Shown here: positions 30,795 to 39,873 of the stretch, in pieces
How the letters are laid out: every line of letters starts with the position of its first letter
How positions within the stretch are numbered: the first letter of the stretch is position 1
DNA from: an uncultured Chloroflexia bacterium
GTDB lineage: Bacteria; Chloroflexota; Chloroflexia; QHBQ01; JADMIH01
Reading direction: 5' to 3'
Assembly: GCA_963797095.1 (NCBI GenBank)
Contig: CAWCNY010000002.1
Location: forward strand, 512,001-576,000
Length of the DNA stretch: 64,000 nt
The notes under the pieces: model-generated
Databases searched by the model: none
Told to the model about the DNA's origin: nothing
Seen by the model: only the letters and a program-made list of their open reading frames with translations
Made by a program: the position numbers and the translations under genes

Positions 30795-32723
30795 ATGCCG
30801 CGCTTCAATACCATCCCAAAGGCTGCCTTATTCAGGCGGCGCAGATTTCTTACACTTCTGCACTATCTCTTCATACTGGCCTTCTCCCTCTCTTTACCGT
30901 TGGGTCTGGCCCAGTCTGTCCTTGCCTCGCCATCTTCAGTCGCCCCCACCATTCCCCTACAACCCTACGCTTACGCCATCGCCAACTCCGCCACCGGCTA
31001 TGACCTCATGGTCGGTGATGGCGTGAACAAAGACAGGCGCATAGCCCGTGTGAAGGTGGATAGTATCTACTTCACCGACGTTACCGCCAAACTCTCCACC
31101 GATGGCACCCAGGCGATCTTCCGCGTCACAGGCGACCGCTATGGCGGCTCCAGCCTCTACAATGTGTCAGTAGCTACCGGCAAGTTCGTCCAGGTGGCCT
31201 CCGCCAAAACCGCCTCCGAGGGCATAGGTACTTACGCCTGGTCTCCCGCAGGCAACACTATGGCTTTCGTGCGTGCCGCCCCCGCCCTCGACCCAGCCCT
31301 CATGGACGATGCCTACGGCACTATCTACATCTATTCAGTTGGATTCCAGGCAGTCAAACTGAAATCCTCCAACGGCAACGACCACCTACTCGGCTTCGCC
31401 AGCGACGGCCTCGGCGTGTACGTCTCCCGCCGCGAGACCGCCGGCAACTTCACCCTGGAGCACCTGGTCTACCTGCCACTCACGGGCAACTCAGCCGCTG
31501 CCATGATCACGAGTACACCCGATCTGCGCTACACCGGCTACACTCTCCTGGCGCTCCCGAACACAACCCCCAGGGTAGCCTTCCTGGCCGAAGGCGATCT
31601 ATCTCTCGCCGCGCAAAACTCCAACGGTGGGCAAGCAACATCCGGCATCACGACCACACTCTCTATCTCTCCCAATGCAAAGGGCAGCGGCAGCCTGACT
31701 TCCCCCTCCGGCTTCGGCCTTGTCACCTCCGATATCCTTGGCCTTGACCCAACCCTCCTGCGCCGCGACGCCGAAGATTACGCCCACCTTTCATGGACCT
31801 CTGACGGCAGCGCTCTCCTAGTGGGCAGTACGCGCAATTCCTGGCGTATCGACCTTTCGGGCAATCGCGTCGCGCTCGGCACCTCGGTGGCCGCCCTCCG
31901 TCCTGCCGCCATCTCCCGCGACGGCACTTTCGTGGTCATGACCGACAACCCCACCACCCGCCTCGTCACCCTCGACTACTCCACCGGCAAAGTAAGCGCC
32001 ACCCGCTATGTCGGTGTCACCCCCAAGCCCACGGCGGCCACCCTCCAGATGAATGTCCCCTATATCCAACAGGTAAACGACACTGCGGGCAGCGCCGACG
32101 GTAATTGGGCCTGCGGTCCCACCTCCATAGCAATGGCCCTCGCCTACTACGGCAAGATCGAACCCTGGTCCGTCAACCAGAACGAGCGCGTAGCACGATT
32201 GGCAAGCCCACCTGCCCCTACACCCACACCCACCGGGGCCGATTACGCCCCCTACATCACCACCGAATATACCTACAACGGTCACACCTACAACGCCACC
32301 GCCCGCGACCCTAGCGGCAATCAGCTTGCCGGTCTCTACGGCACCATCTGCCCCACAGGCAATGCCAGTTGGCCTGTCATGGCCGATGTTCTGGCCTGGC
32401 ATGGCCTCAACAGCCAGCACATCTCCATCACCTGGGATGCCATAGTAGCCGCCCTCAAGCGCGGCCACCCCGTCCTCCTGGGCAACAAACTCACTTCCGA
32501 GGGCCATATCATCCTAGTCGTCGGCTATACCAGCGATGGCAACCTCATAGTGAACGATCCCTACGGCAACAAATTCGCCCCAGGCTACGGCACCAACGAT
32601 GGCCAAGACGTCCTCTACCCCTGGAAGCGCATCACCCCGCGCAACGCCCTCGAAGTAATAGGCGTCTACCCACCTCCCACTGCCACACCCGTACCAACCT
32701 CAACTTCCACACCCATTCCCTGA
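30795..32723 (+). CDS. Secreted protein: TolB-like propeller plus C39-like cysteine peptidase domain
   Basis: VPYIQQ...ACGPTSIAMALAYYG, GHIILVVGY, VNDPYG. Confidence 0.85.
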   Translation: MPRFNTIPKAALFRRRRFLTLLHYLFILAFSLSLPLGLAQSVLASPSSVAPTIPLQPYAYAIANSATGYDLMVGDGVNKDRRIARVKVDSIYFTDVTAKLSTDGTQAIFRVTGDRYGGSSLYNVSVATGKFVQVASAKTASEGIGTYAWSPAGNTMAFVRAAPALDPALMDDAYGTIYIYSVGFQAVKLKSSNGNDHLLGFASDGLGVYVSRRETAGNFTLEHLVYLPLTGNSAAAMITSTPDLRYTGYTLLALPNTTPRVAFLAEGDLSLAAQNSNGGQATSGITTTLSISPNAKGSGSLTSPSGFGLVTSDILGLDPTLLRRDAEDYAHLSWTSDGSALLVGSTRNSWRIDLSGNRVALGTSVAALRPAAISRDGTFVVMTDNPTTRLVTLDYSTGKVSATRYVGVTPKPTAATLQMNVPYIQQVNDTAGSADGNWACGPTSIAMALAYYGKIEPWSVNQNERVARLASPPAPTPTPTGADYAPYITTEYTYNGHTYNATARDPSGNQLAGLYGTICPTGNASWPVMADVLAWHGLNSQHISITWDAIVAALKRGHPVLLGNKLTSEGHIILVVGYTSDGNLIVNDPYGNKFAPGYGTNDGQDVLYPWKRITPRNALEVIGVYPPPTATPVPTSTSTPIP

Positions 32724-32774
32724 CCAACAATAAAGAGAATTGGCGGCTAAGCCGCCAATTCTCTTTATTGTTGG
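32724..32774. repeat. 24-bp perfect palindrome (GGCGGC-loop-GCCGCC family) between convergent genes
   Basis: CCAACAATAAAGAGAATTGGCGGC-TAA-GCCGCCAATTCTCTTTATTGTTGG. Confidence 0.85.
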
Positions 32775-32799
32775 ACTCTTCTATGCCTCGCCAGGGCTT

Positions 32800-34017
32800 T
32801 TAATAGTGCACCCACACAATCGTGCCGATCTTGTCCCACCCATAGAGCCATTCGGCCATCGGTGTGCTCAGGTTCACACAGCCGTGGCTGTGCGGCCTGC
32901 CAAAGTCATCATGCCAGTACGTACCGTGCAATGCTTCGCCCGAAGTGTGGAAGTACTGGGGGAAAGGCACGTCCTTCAAGTCGTAATAATCCCCGTTTTC
33001 AATGCTTCCGCCCTTCATCTCCTGCGACGGCAACCTGTAATAGATCTTCCAGACCCCGATCTCCGTCCTGTTGTCCTCTTTCGTACCGTTGGGCAGTGTC
33101 TTGACCGTGCCTGTCGAGGCCAGCGTCACCTTCACGGGCGTGCCATCCTCATAAGCAGTCATGATCTGCTGGGTAATATTCACCGCGATCCATTTCCCCT
33201 TATACTTCGGCCCGTCGAACACTACCGGGGCCACCTTCCTGACCAGGCTTGAGTGTACCCACTGGGGCGCTTCAGGCGGCTCTGACACCCTGTACCAGAG
33301 CTCTCCGTTCGCATCATAAGCCGACTCGTACAATAGCACGCGCCTGCCTACTCCCCAACCCTTAATCACCTTCTGGTCGCGCCCAGGCCCACTGCGTACA
33401 TTTCCGCTGTACGCCATCTCACCCAGCCAAAGGCCAGTATAATCTCCAGGCTTGCTGGGCGTGGGAATTACACCCGTCGGCACAGGTGTGGCCGTCGCAT
33501 CGGGTGGCGCTGTGGGCACAGATGGCTCGGTGGGTGTTCCCTCAGGCACCGGCTTCCAATTACCGTCTACCACCGTCAATTCTTTGCCGCTCACATAACC
33601 GGAAGTGCCCTTGTAATCGAGCCAGTAATAACCGCCATCGTTGAACGGCCCGCCCAACACAGTTGCCTTTGAATTAGCCGGCAGCGCAGTGATCACTGCT
33701 CCGCTTGCCAACGGCTGATCTATCAGGTTTGTATCAACCGTTGCCGCTACTATGCTACCCAATGCAAATCGCGGTACATCTTGTGCGCTGGCTGTGCCTC
33801 CCCACATCCCCAGTGTCGCCATAGCCAGCATCGATACCGTTGCCATTGCCCACATTGCGCTCTTTACTTTATGCCCGATGTCGGATATTCCATTCCTGCC
33901 CGAATTCACCCTATTCTCCTTTATATGCCACCCCGAACCATTCCCAGGGTATGCGCTATCTGATGTAAACCTTGAGAGGACTACGTTTACTATTATATCG
34001 TACAATCTTTTCCACAT
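32800..34017 (-). CDS. L,D-transpeptidase (YkuD) with SH3-like domains; start uncertain
   Basis: ALHGTYWHDDFGRPHSHGCVNL motif; NVRSGPG...WY SH3b. Confidence 0.9.
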   Translation of the reverse strand: MWKRLYDIIVNVVLSRFTSDSAYPGNGSGWHIKENRVNSGRNGISDIGHKVKSAMWAMATVSMLAMATLGMWGGTASAQDVPRFALGSIVAATVDTNLIDQPLASGAVITALPANSKATVLGGPFNDGGYYWLDYKGTSGYVSGKELTVVDGNWKPVPEGTPTEPSVPTAPPDATATPVPTGVIPTPSKPGDYTGLWLGEMAYSGNVRSGPGRDQKVIKGWGVGRRVLLYESAYDANGELWYRVSEPPEAPQWVHSSLVRKVAPVVFDGPKYKGKWIAVNITQQIMTAYEDGTPVKVTLASTGTVKTLPNGTKEDNRTEIGVWKIYYRLPSQEMKGGSIENGDYYDLKDVPFPQYFHTSGEALHGTYWHDDFGRPHSHGCVNLSTPMAEWLYGWDKIGTIVWVHY

Positions 34018-34239
34018 CTAGCCTTAAGGCCATAAACATGCCCAATTTGGACCTTTCAATATTAACAACGTTGCTCGAATATAGAAAGTTTCCTTCACTT
34101 CATAACGCAACGATCTCGAACCTGCCCCGATTAAGTTGGATGCAGAATCCATGCCGACAGGTCACACAACCGCCTCCCACTTATTCAAGGTGTTATAATT
34201 GCTCTCTGTACCCATCCAGTCACACAGGAGTCGCTACGG

Positions 34240-36654
34240 TTGGCAGTTGATAACAGGCGCACATTCCTTCCCTTCTGGTCCTCCCCATACCTTCTGCGCT
34301 CCTTACCTGTGCTCCCGGTTCTGCTCGTAACCCTCCTCATGGGTCTGCTGGCCTGGCGTGCCTCCGCCGACGAAACTATCCCATTCGGCACCGAAGCCGA
34401 CACAATCTACATCACCGATGGCTTTTACGCCCCCGAACAGAGCGCGCAACTCGGCACCTACATGTGGACCGAGCCTCTAGCCCAACTCCACCTTCCCAAC
34501 TGGGGCCCAGGCCGCATACACATCATCGTTGAGGGCGTTTCCGGTGCCGCTGGTCACATCGCTCTCAAGCTAGGCTCCGCCACCCTCGCTGAAGCCGATA
34601 CCCGGCAAGGCCAGCCCTGGCAGCTACAGGGTTGGGGCGACACCAACGACCGCACCCCCGCAGTCTTTCTCGAATCTCCCCCCTACAATCCCCCAGGCGA
34701 AGGGCGCGACCTCGGCTTATTAGTGCGACGGATGGAAATCTACGCCCCTGATGCCCGCCTCCGCGCCTGGATCGCCATAGCCCTCCTCGGCCTGGTGGGC
34801 ATCCTGCTCTACTTCTTCCTCTCGCTGCGCACGGGCCGCACTCTCTTTTCTGCCCTCGTAGCCGCATCGCTCCCCGCCCTTTATGGCCCCCTCGCCGCCT
34901 TCCGTGACCCCTGGATAGAAGTAACAGCCTGGGCCGCACCCCCCATCCTCCTCCTTGCCCTGTTTGCCGCCCACCGTTTCAAAGCGCCGACAGACAACCG
35001 AGCATCCCCAAATCCGAAATCTAAAATCCGAAATCTAAAATCCCCATTGGTTCTTCTCTCCCTATCCGCTGCCCTCCTCCTCCTTTATCTCGGCTACATG
35101 AACGCATTCGACTCCGACCGCATGTACCAGGTAACAGCAGGTCTAGCCGAGTACGCCCGCCCTACCCGCTACCCAGGCTTCGACACCTGGACCAAGTACG
35201 GCTTCGGCCAGCCCTTGATCGCCGTCCCTTTCTACTTCCTCGGCAAGCTCTTCGTCCCGTTCGGCGCAGACTACGAGCCTATCACCCGCCTCACCGTCTC
35301 CTTTACCAACCTCATCGTCACCGCCCTGACCCTCATCCTCCTATACAAAGCCGCCCGCCGCCTCGCCTCAGTGAATATGTCTCTGGCCGTTTCTGCTACC
35401 TATCTTCTGGCAGCTCCTGCTCTCAACTATGGCCGCACCTTCTTCTCCGAGCCTGCGGGTGGCCTCCTCCTTCTAGCCGCCATCCTACTAATCCTGCCGG
35501 AAAGGCTAATCCTGCCGGAAAGGCTAATCCTGCCGGAAAGGCGAACAACCAGCGACGAACTCCGCACCACCCCACTACAACCCAAACGCGCCCTGCTGGC
35601 CGGACTCTGCCTTGGCGCAATGATCCTCTTCAAACCCGCCTTCGCCATCTACTGGCTTCCCGTCGGTGTGGCAGTCCTCTGGCTCTCCCTACGAAAGACG
35701 AACGACGAAAGACGAACGACGAATAATGACATAAGCAATACGCAGTACGCAGTACGCAATAAACCATCGTCCATCCCTCGTCGTTCGTCTTTCGTCCTAA
35801 CTCTATCCTCCTTCGCCGCCGGTCCTCTACTCGCCCTCATAGTCCAGGGCTGGTACAACTATCTCCGCTATTCTCCTCTCCCCGACGCCCTCTTTCGTAC
35901 CGGCTACGAGAAAGAGGCGGGCTTCAGCACCCCCATCCTGGAAGGTCTTGGCGGTCTTCTGTTCAGTCCCGGCAAAAGCATCTTCCTCTACGCCCCGGTA
36001 GTCCTGCTGGCCCCCATCGGCCTCTGGCTGATGTTTCGGCGCTCAGGTAGCCCCGGCAGGCTAATCTCCCTTCTCATAATTTCCGAAGTAGCTCTAGGCT
36101 TCATATTCAATGCCCTCTGGTGGGCCTGGACGGGCAACTTCGCCTGGGGCCCACGCCTGGTAATGCCCATCCTCCCCCTCCTGATATGGCCTCTCGCCTC
36201 CCTTATACCTGCACCTCACTCCAAACAACCCCAAACCACTACCACCCTATCACCCACCAACCACCAACAGCCTTCCACTAACCTCCGACTACCAGCTACC
36301 GGCTACCGGCTACCAGTAACCCTCCCCTGGCTCCTCCTAGGCATCCTGGGTGCAATAGTCAACATTCCAGGCGCGATGGTAGACTTTCAAGTCTACTTCC
36401 GCAACTACGGCCTCCTCTTAGCGGGCGACCCCGGCGAAGCCATCACCCTCTATGACCCCGCCAACTCCCCCCTCCTGGTCGAGCCGCGCTACCTCCTCGA
36501 TGGCCTCACCGCCGCTGTCTACCGCCCATCCCTCGCCTCAGTAGGTATGCCCCCCATCTGGGACATCCTGATCCCCATCTCCCTGGTAGCCATAGCACTG
36601 CTGGCCATCTGGTTCGCTACCATCCCTAACCATGCCCCTGAAGACCGGCTGTAG
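34240..36654 (+). CDS. Polytopic membrane glycosyltransferase (GT-C/PMT-like) carrying repeat-derived insertions
   Basis: Many TM segments; KYG.GQ, FSEP, LLFSPGKSIFLYAP, WGPR motifs; extended -10 at 34191-34199. Confidence 0.75.
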   Translation: MAVDNRRTFLPFWSSPYLLRSLPVLPVLLVTLLMGLLAWRASADETIPFGTEADTIYITDGFYAPEQSAQLGTYMWTEPLAQLHLPNWGPGRIHIIVEGVSGAAGHIALKLGSATLAEADTRQGQPWQLQGWGDTNDRTPAVFLESPPYNPPGEGRDLGLLVRRMEIYAPDARLRAWIAIALLGLVGILLYFFLSLRTGRTLFSALVAASLPALYGPLAAFRDPWIEVTAWAAPPILLLALFAAHRFKAPTDNRASPNPKSKIRNLKSPLVLLSLSAALLLLYLGYMNAFDSDRMYQVTAGLAEYARPTRYPGFDTWTKYGFGQPLIAVPFYFLGKLFVPFGADYEPITRLTVSFTNLIVTALTLILLYKAARRLASVNMSLAVSATYLLAAPALNYGRTFFSEPAGGLLLLAAILLILPERLILPERLILPERRTTSDELRTTPLQPKRALLAGLCLGAMILFKPAFAIYWLPVGVAVLWLSLRKTNDERRTTNNDISNTQYAVRNKPSSIPRRSSFVLTLSSFAAGPLLALIVQGWYNYLRYSPLPDALFRTGYEKEAGFSTPILEGLGGLLFSPGKSIFLYAPVVLLAPIGLWLMFRRSGSPGRLISLLIISEVALGFIFNALWWAWTGNFAWGPRLVMPILPLLIWPLASLIPAPHSKQPQTTTTLSPTNHQQPSTNLRLPATGYRLPVTLPWLLLGILGAIVNIPGAMVDFQVYFRNYGLLLAGDPGEAITLYDPANSPLLVEPRYLLDGLTAAVYRPSLASVGMPPIWDILIPISLVAIALLAIWFATIPNHAPEDRL
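35488..35541 (+). repeat. 18-bp tandem repeat x3 (LILPER x3) inside CDS
   Basis: CTAATCCTGCCGGAAAGG three exact copies. Confidence 0.9.
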
Positions 36655-36806
36655 AGGCGAGGCAGGCTTAACGCCCTCTTTGGTCATGAACCATCTCATG
36701 CAACTCACCCTGAATCAAGGATGTCGATCACGCTATCCGTCTTGATTGTGTTGGCCCTCAAAAGCGTGCTATACTGCTGTTAATCTAGCTGAAAGGAATC
36801 TGTCCT

Positions 36807-38036
36807 ATGCGCAGAGTGTTCGCCCGTGTTCTCACTTGCCTGCTACTTCTCCCCGTGCTGGTATCCTTCATTTCGTCATCTTCCACCAAAGCACAATCCG
36901 ACGCGCGTACCTTCCCCGAAACAGGCAAAACCGTGCAGGGACGCTTCCTCCAGTATTGGGACACCCACGGCGGCCTCGCCCAGCAGGGCTATCCCATCTC
37001 CGAAGAGCTACAGGAAAAATCCGACACCGACGGCAAGACCTACACAGTCCAGTATTTCGAGCGCGCCGTCTTCGAGTATCACCCTGAGAACCCCATCCCC
37101 AACGATCTGCTCCTATCCCTGCTCGGCGTCTTCCTCTATACCCAGAAATACCCCGGTGGCGCCCCCAACCAGCAGGCCAACACTACCTCAGGCTCCCAGC
37201 TATTCAATGAAACAGGCAAGCACGTTGGCGGCGATTTCCTCCAATACTGGCAAACCCACGGCGGTCTAGCCCAGCAAGGCTACCCCATCTCCGAAGAATT
37301 CACCGAGGTCTCGGACCTCGATGGCAAGACCTACACAGTCCAATACTTCGAGCGCGCCGTTTTCGAAAAGCACCCCGAAAACGCCCAGCCCTTCAACGTC
37401 CTCCTATCTCAACTCGGCACCTTCCGCTATCGCGCGCTCTACCCTGCCGGGCCTTCCCCCATCATCCCCACGCCCGTAGCGGGCTGTTCCTCCCATCTGG
37501 CCCCCGGCACGTGGGCCGGCCCGTATGACTGGAGTTTCACCCTCACCTCCGATAACGGGTTGACGGGCAACGGCTCTCTTAGCGCCGATCTCTCCCTTGA
37601 CATAGCCTGCGACGGCACCTTCACAGGCACCGCCACCGCCACAAAATACAACGCCCAGGCCCACCTGGCAAGCGTGCAGGTGCTCACCTGCTCGATGACT
37701 ACTCCCCCCATAGCCGATTTCATGGGCCGCGTGGTTGTCCAGCCCTCCGGTCTGCACCTCCTCATAACCGGCGGGACCTGGCGTCAGGGCGCTACCGTCT
37801 GCAAAAGCTCCCTCTCCGCACCCCAAACCCAGGACCTTACGGGCTTCTCCGTCGCCCCCCTCGATGTCCAGATTGAAACCATATCAGAGAACAAAATAAC
37901 AGGCAGCCAGCTACTCTCCGACCCCGCCCTCAACATAATCAAAGAGAAAATAGCCTCCTTCTTCCCCAACGCCAACGTGACCATAACCACCCAGGGCCAT
38001 TGGGAGCTAACCTACAACCCCACGAACACTCCCTAG
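36807..38036 (+). CDS. Secreted protein with two FPETG..FL.YW..HGGL..GYPISEE..VQYFERA repeats and an unknown C-terminal domain
   Basis: Signal peptide, GAAAGGA RBS, tandem repeat typical of Chloroflexia surface proteins. Confidence 0.85.
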   Translation: MRRVFARVLTCLLLLPVLVSFISSSSTKAQSDARTFPETGKTVQGRFLQYWDTHGGLAQQGYPISEELQEKSDTDGKTYTVQYFERAVFEYHPENPIPNDLLLSLLGVFLYTQKYPGGAPNQQANTTSGSQLFNETGKHVGGDFLQYWQTHGGLAQQGYPISEEFTEVSDLDGKTYTVQYFERAVFEKHPENAQPFNVLLSQLGTFRYRALYPAGPSPIIPTPVAGCSSHLAPGTWAGPYDWSFTLTSDNGLTGNGSLSADLSLDIACDGTFTGTATATKYNAQAHLASVQVLTCSMTTPPIADFMGRVVVQPSGLHLLITGGTWRQGATVCKSSLSAPQTQDLTGFSVAPLDVQIETISENKITGSQLLSDPALNIIKEKIASFFPNANVTITTQGHWELTYNPTNTP

Positions 38037-38178
38037 ATTATTGCCTGGTATTTGACGGATGTTTTAGCTTATGATTTAACCGTCACGAAACCGGCAAGAG
38101 CTTGATCGACTTTTGCCGATACCTTAACAACCAACTACCAAACGCTCAAATTGCCACCGATGGCCCGCTCATGTACGC

Positions 38179-39740
38179 TCATGCAGCCTTTTTGATGGCT
38201 GGATAGCGTCGAGCGGGCCCTGAACGTCGTCCCTTGGGTCTGCCAGGCGAGCGTCCACACGGTTTTGGCAACTTCGCCGGAGTACCCACCTCTAGCAGAA
38301 GTGTCCAAAACCTCCGCCTCACTCGGTAAGGAGTCAGCTTGCCTGCCTCAAGTGGTCTCTCCCAGGGCAGACGTTGGTCAGTCACGCAGCTTCTGGCAAG
38401 ACGCAGTTGAGTGTAAGCGGCGATAATAAGCCAGCTCCAACGGTCGGCTTGCTGAGGTAGTCGAACGCGAGGCACCGTCCAGTTGAGGGTTTGTTTGATG
38501 AAGCGGAAGGTGTGTTCCAAGATGAAGATGAAGCGGAAGGTGTGTTCCAAGATGAAGATGAAGCGGAAGGTGTGTTCCAAGATGAAGATGAAGCGAAGGT
38601 GTGTTCCAAGACGAAGCGTCTGACATAGGAACGCCAGAGCATATCTAACAGATCCAAGCCTGGCTCATTTGCGTCAGGGCCTGAGTACCACAACCAAAGC
38701 ACCTGTGGCTCTCGCGTCTTTCTGGGCAGCCGAGAGACTTCAACCAGCACCAACATGCCCTTAGATATAGGTCGGGGTTGGCGGGGTTGGCGGGGTTGGC
38801 GGGTGCCATGAGTGGGGTGGTTTTGGGTCTTGGGGTGCAAGCCACACCACGCTCGCACCCTCACACTTCCGTATTGACTATCCTCGCATCAATGCTCAAG
38901 GGTGGGAGTGGGCCAGGTGGCCGGGTTGTAGCACTCGAACTTGCGACCATGCCGACGTGGGCGACCACCCAAAGTGCCCCGTCCAGTGCCACACTCAGCA
39001 GGGGAAAGGGGGTCTGCATAGAAGCAACGACCACAGCGCAACCTAACCAGGATAGAAACAGAAGCCGCCAAGTCAGGGTTATCAGAGTTGGCAAGCTCTT
39101 CAGCCAGTTGCACCGGATCGTACCCGGCATCAAATGCGAATAGAGGTGTTAGAGCGGTTGGAGAGGCAGCTTGTTGATCTGTGTCCAGCTCCGGACCGAG
39201 CGAAGCAAGCATTTGCCCGATCTGCTGTACAGCAACCACGTGGAGGTTCTCATTGGGGTGAACACGACGCACATCGAGAGGCGCAGTCCAGCTATCGCGG
39301 GTAAAACCGAGCTGAGCGATCCATTGATAAGCCCAACCAGCCACGATGGGCTGACCGGCCGAGTGGCGAGAGGGGTGGTAGTAGAAGCCTCGATCTGGGC
39401 TTGCTTCGGCATCACACCGCGGCCATACGCTGACATCTACTGCGTAGACTGTTCTAGAGTTTGAGTTATCCATGTCCAAAGGGTGCAGTGGGTGCTCAGC
39501 AAGCAGGGTTCTGAGGCGATCAACATCGATTTGACCTTCGGAGAGGGCCGCGTACAGGCTACCCCAGCCCCGCCGATGCACTGGCTCAAGGCTCAGTTGC
39601 ACCGGAGATGGCAGAGGCCCGCCCGTTATGATAGCATCGGTAAGCTCAAACAGAGCATCGGCTCGTTTGGAAAAACAAGCATAGAGGGAAGCGCGAAATG
39701 TAGCCAAAGCATCAAGAGAGTACAGAGCGTTGGATTCCAT
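38179..39740 (-). pseudogene. IS701-like DDE transposase, disrupted
   Basis: RADALFELTDA, AVDVSVWPR, FDAGYD, Y.RRF..EHTFRF.KQTL.W; in-frame TGA at 38889-38891 and 1-bp deletion near 38595. Confidence 0.85.
38497..38611. repeat. 30-bp tandem repeat (about 3.8 copies) within the transposase
   Basis: GATGAAGCGGAAGGTGTGTTCCAAGATGAA repeated without spacers. Confidence 0.9.
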
Positions 39741-39822
39741 AGCGAATCCAGTACGCTCCCTCTCTCGCAAAATGACCACCTTACCTGCCAATTGCCACCC
39801 TCCTGGTTAAATCATAAGCTTA

Positions 39823-39851
39823 GGGCCGGGTGCTCAGATCACACCCGGCCC
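39823..39851. terminator. Hairpin, probable terminator between convergent genes
   Basis: GGGCCGGGTG-N9-CACCCGGCCC. Confidence 0.55.
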
Positions 39852-39873
39852 ATGAATGATCCTATTTACACGC

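Larger units (their letters stand above)
38066..39820 (-). mobile_element. Complete IS701-like insertion sequence
   Basis: Perfect 16-bp IRs AGCTTATGATTTAACC (38066-38081) / GGTTAAATCATAAGCT (39805-39820); TTAG at both junctions; encloses transposase. Confidence 0.85.

Noticed and set aside
38497-38611. 30-bp repeats as a CRISPR array
   Set aside because: Head-to-tail with no spacers, inside a transposase, and no cas genes
38889-38891. In-frame TGA in the transposase as selenocysteine
   Set aside because: Gene also carries a frameshift, no evident SECIS, not a redox enzyme; simple nonsense mutation is more likely
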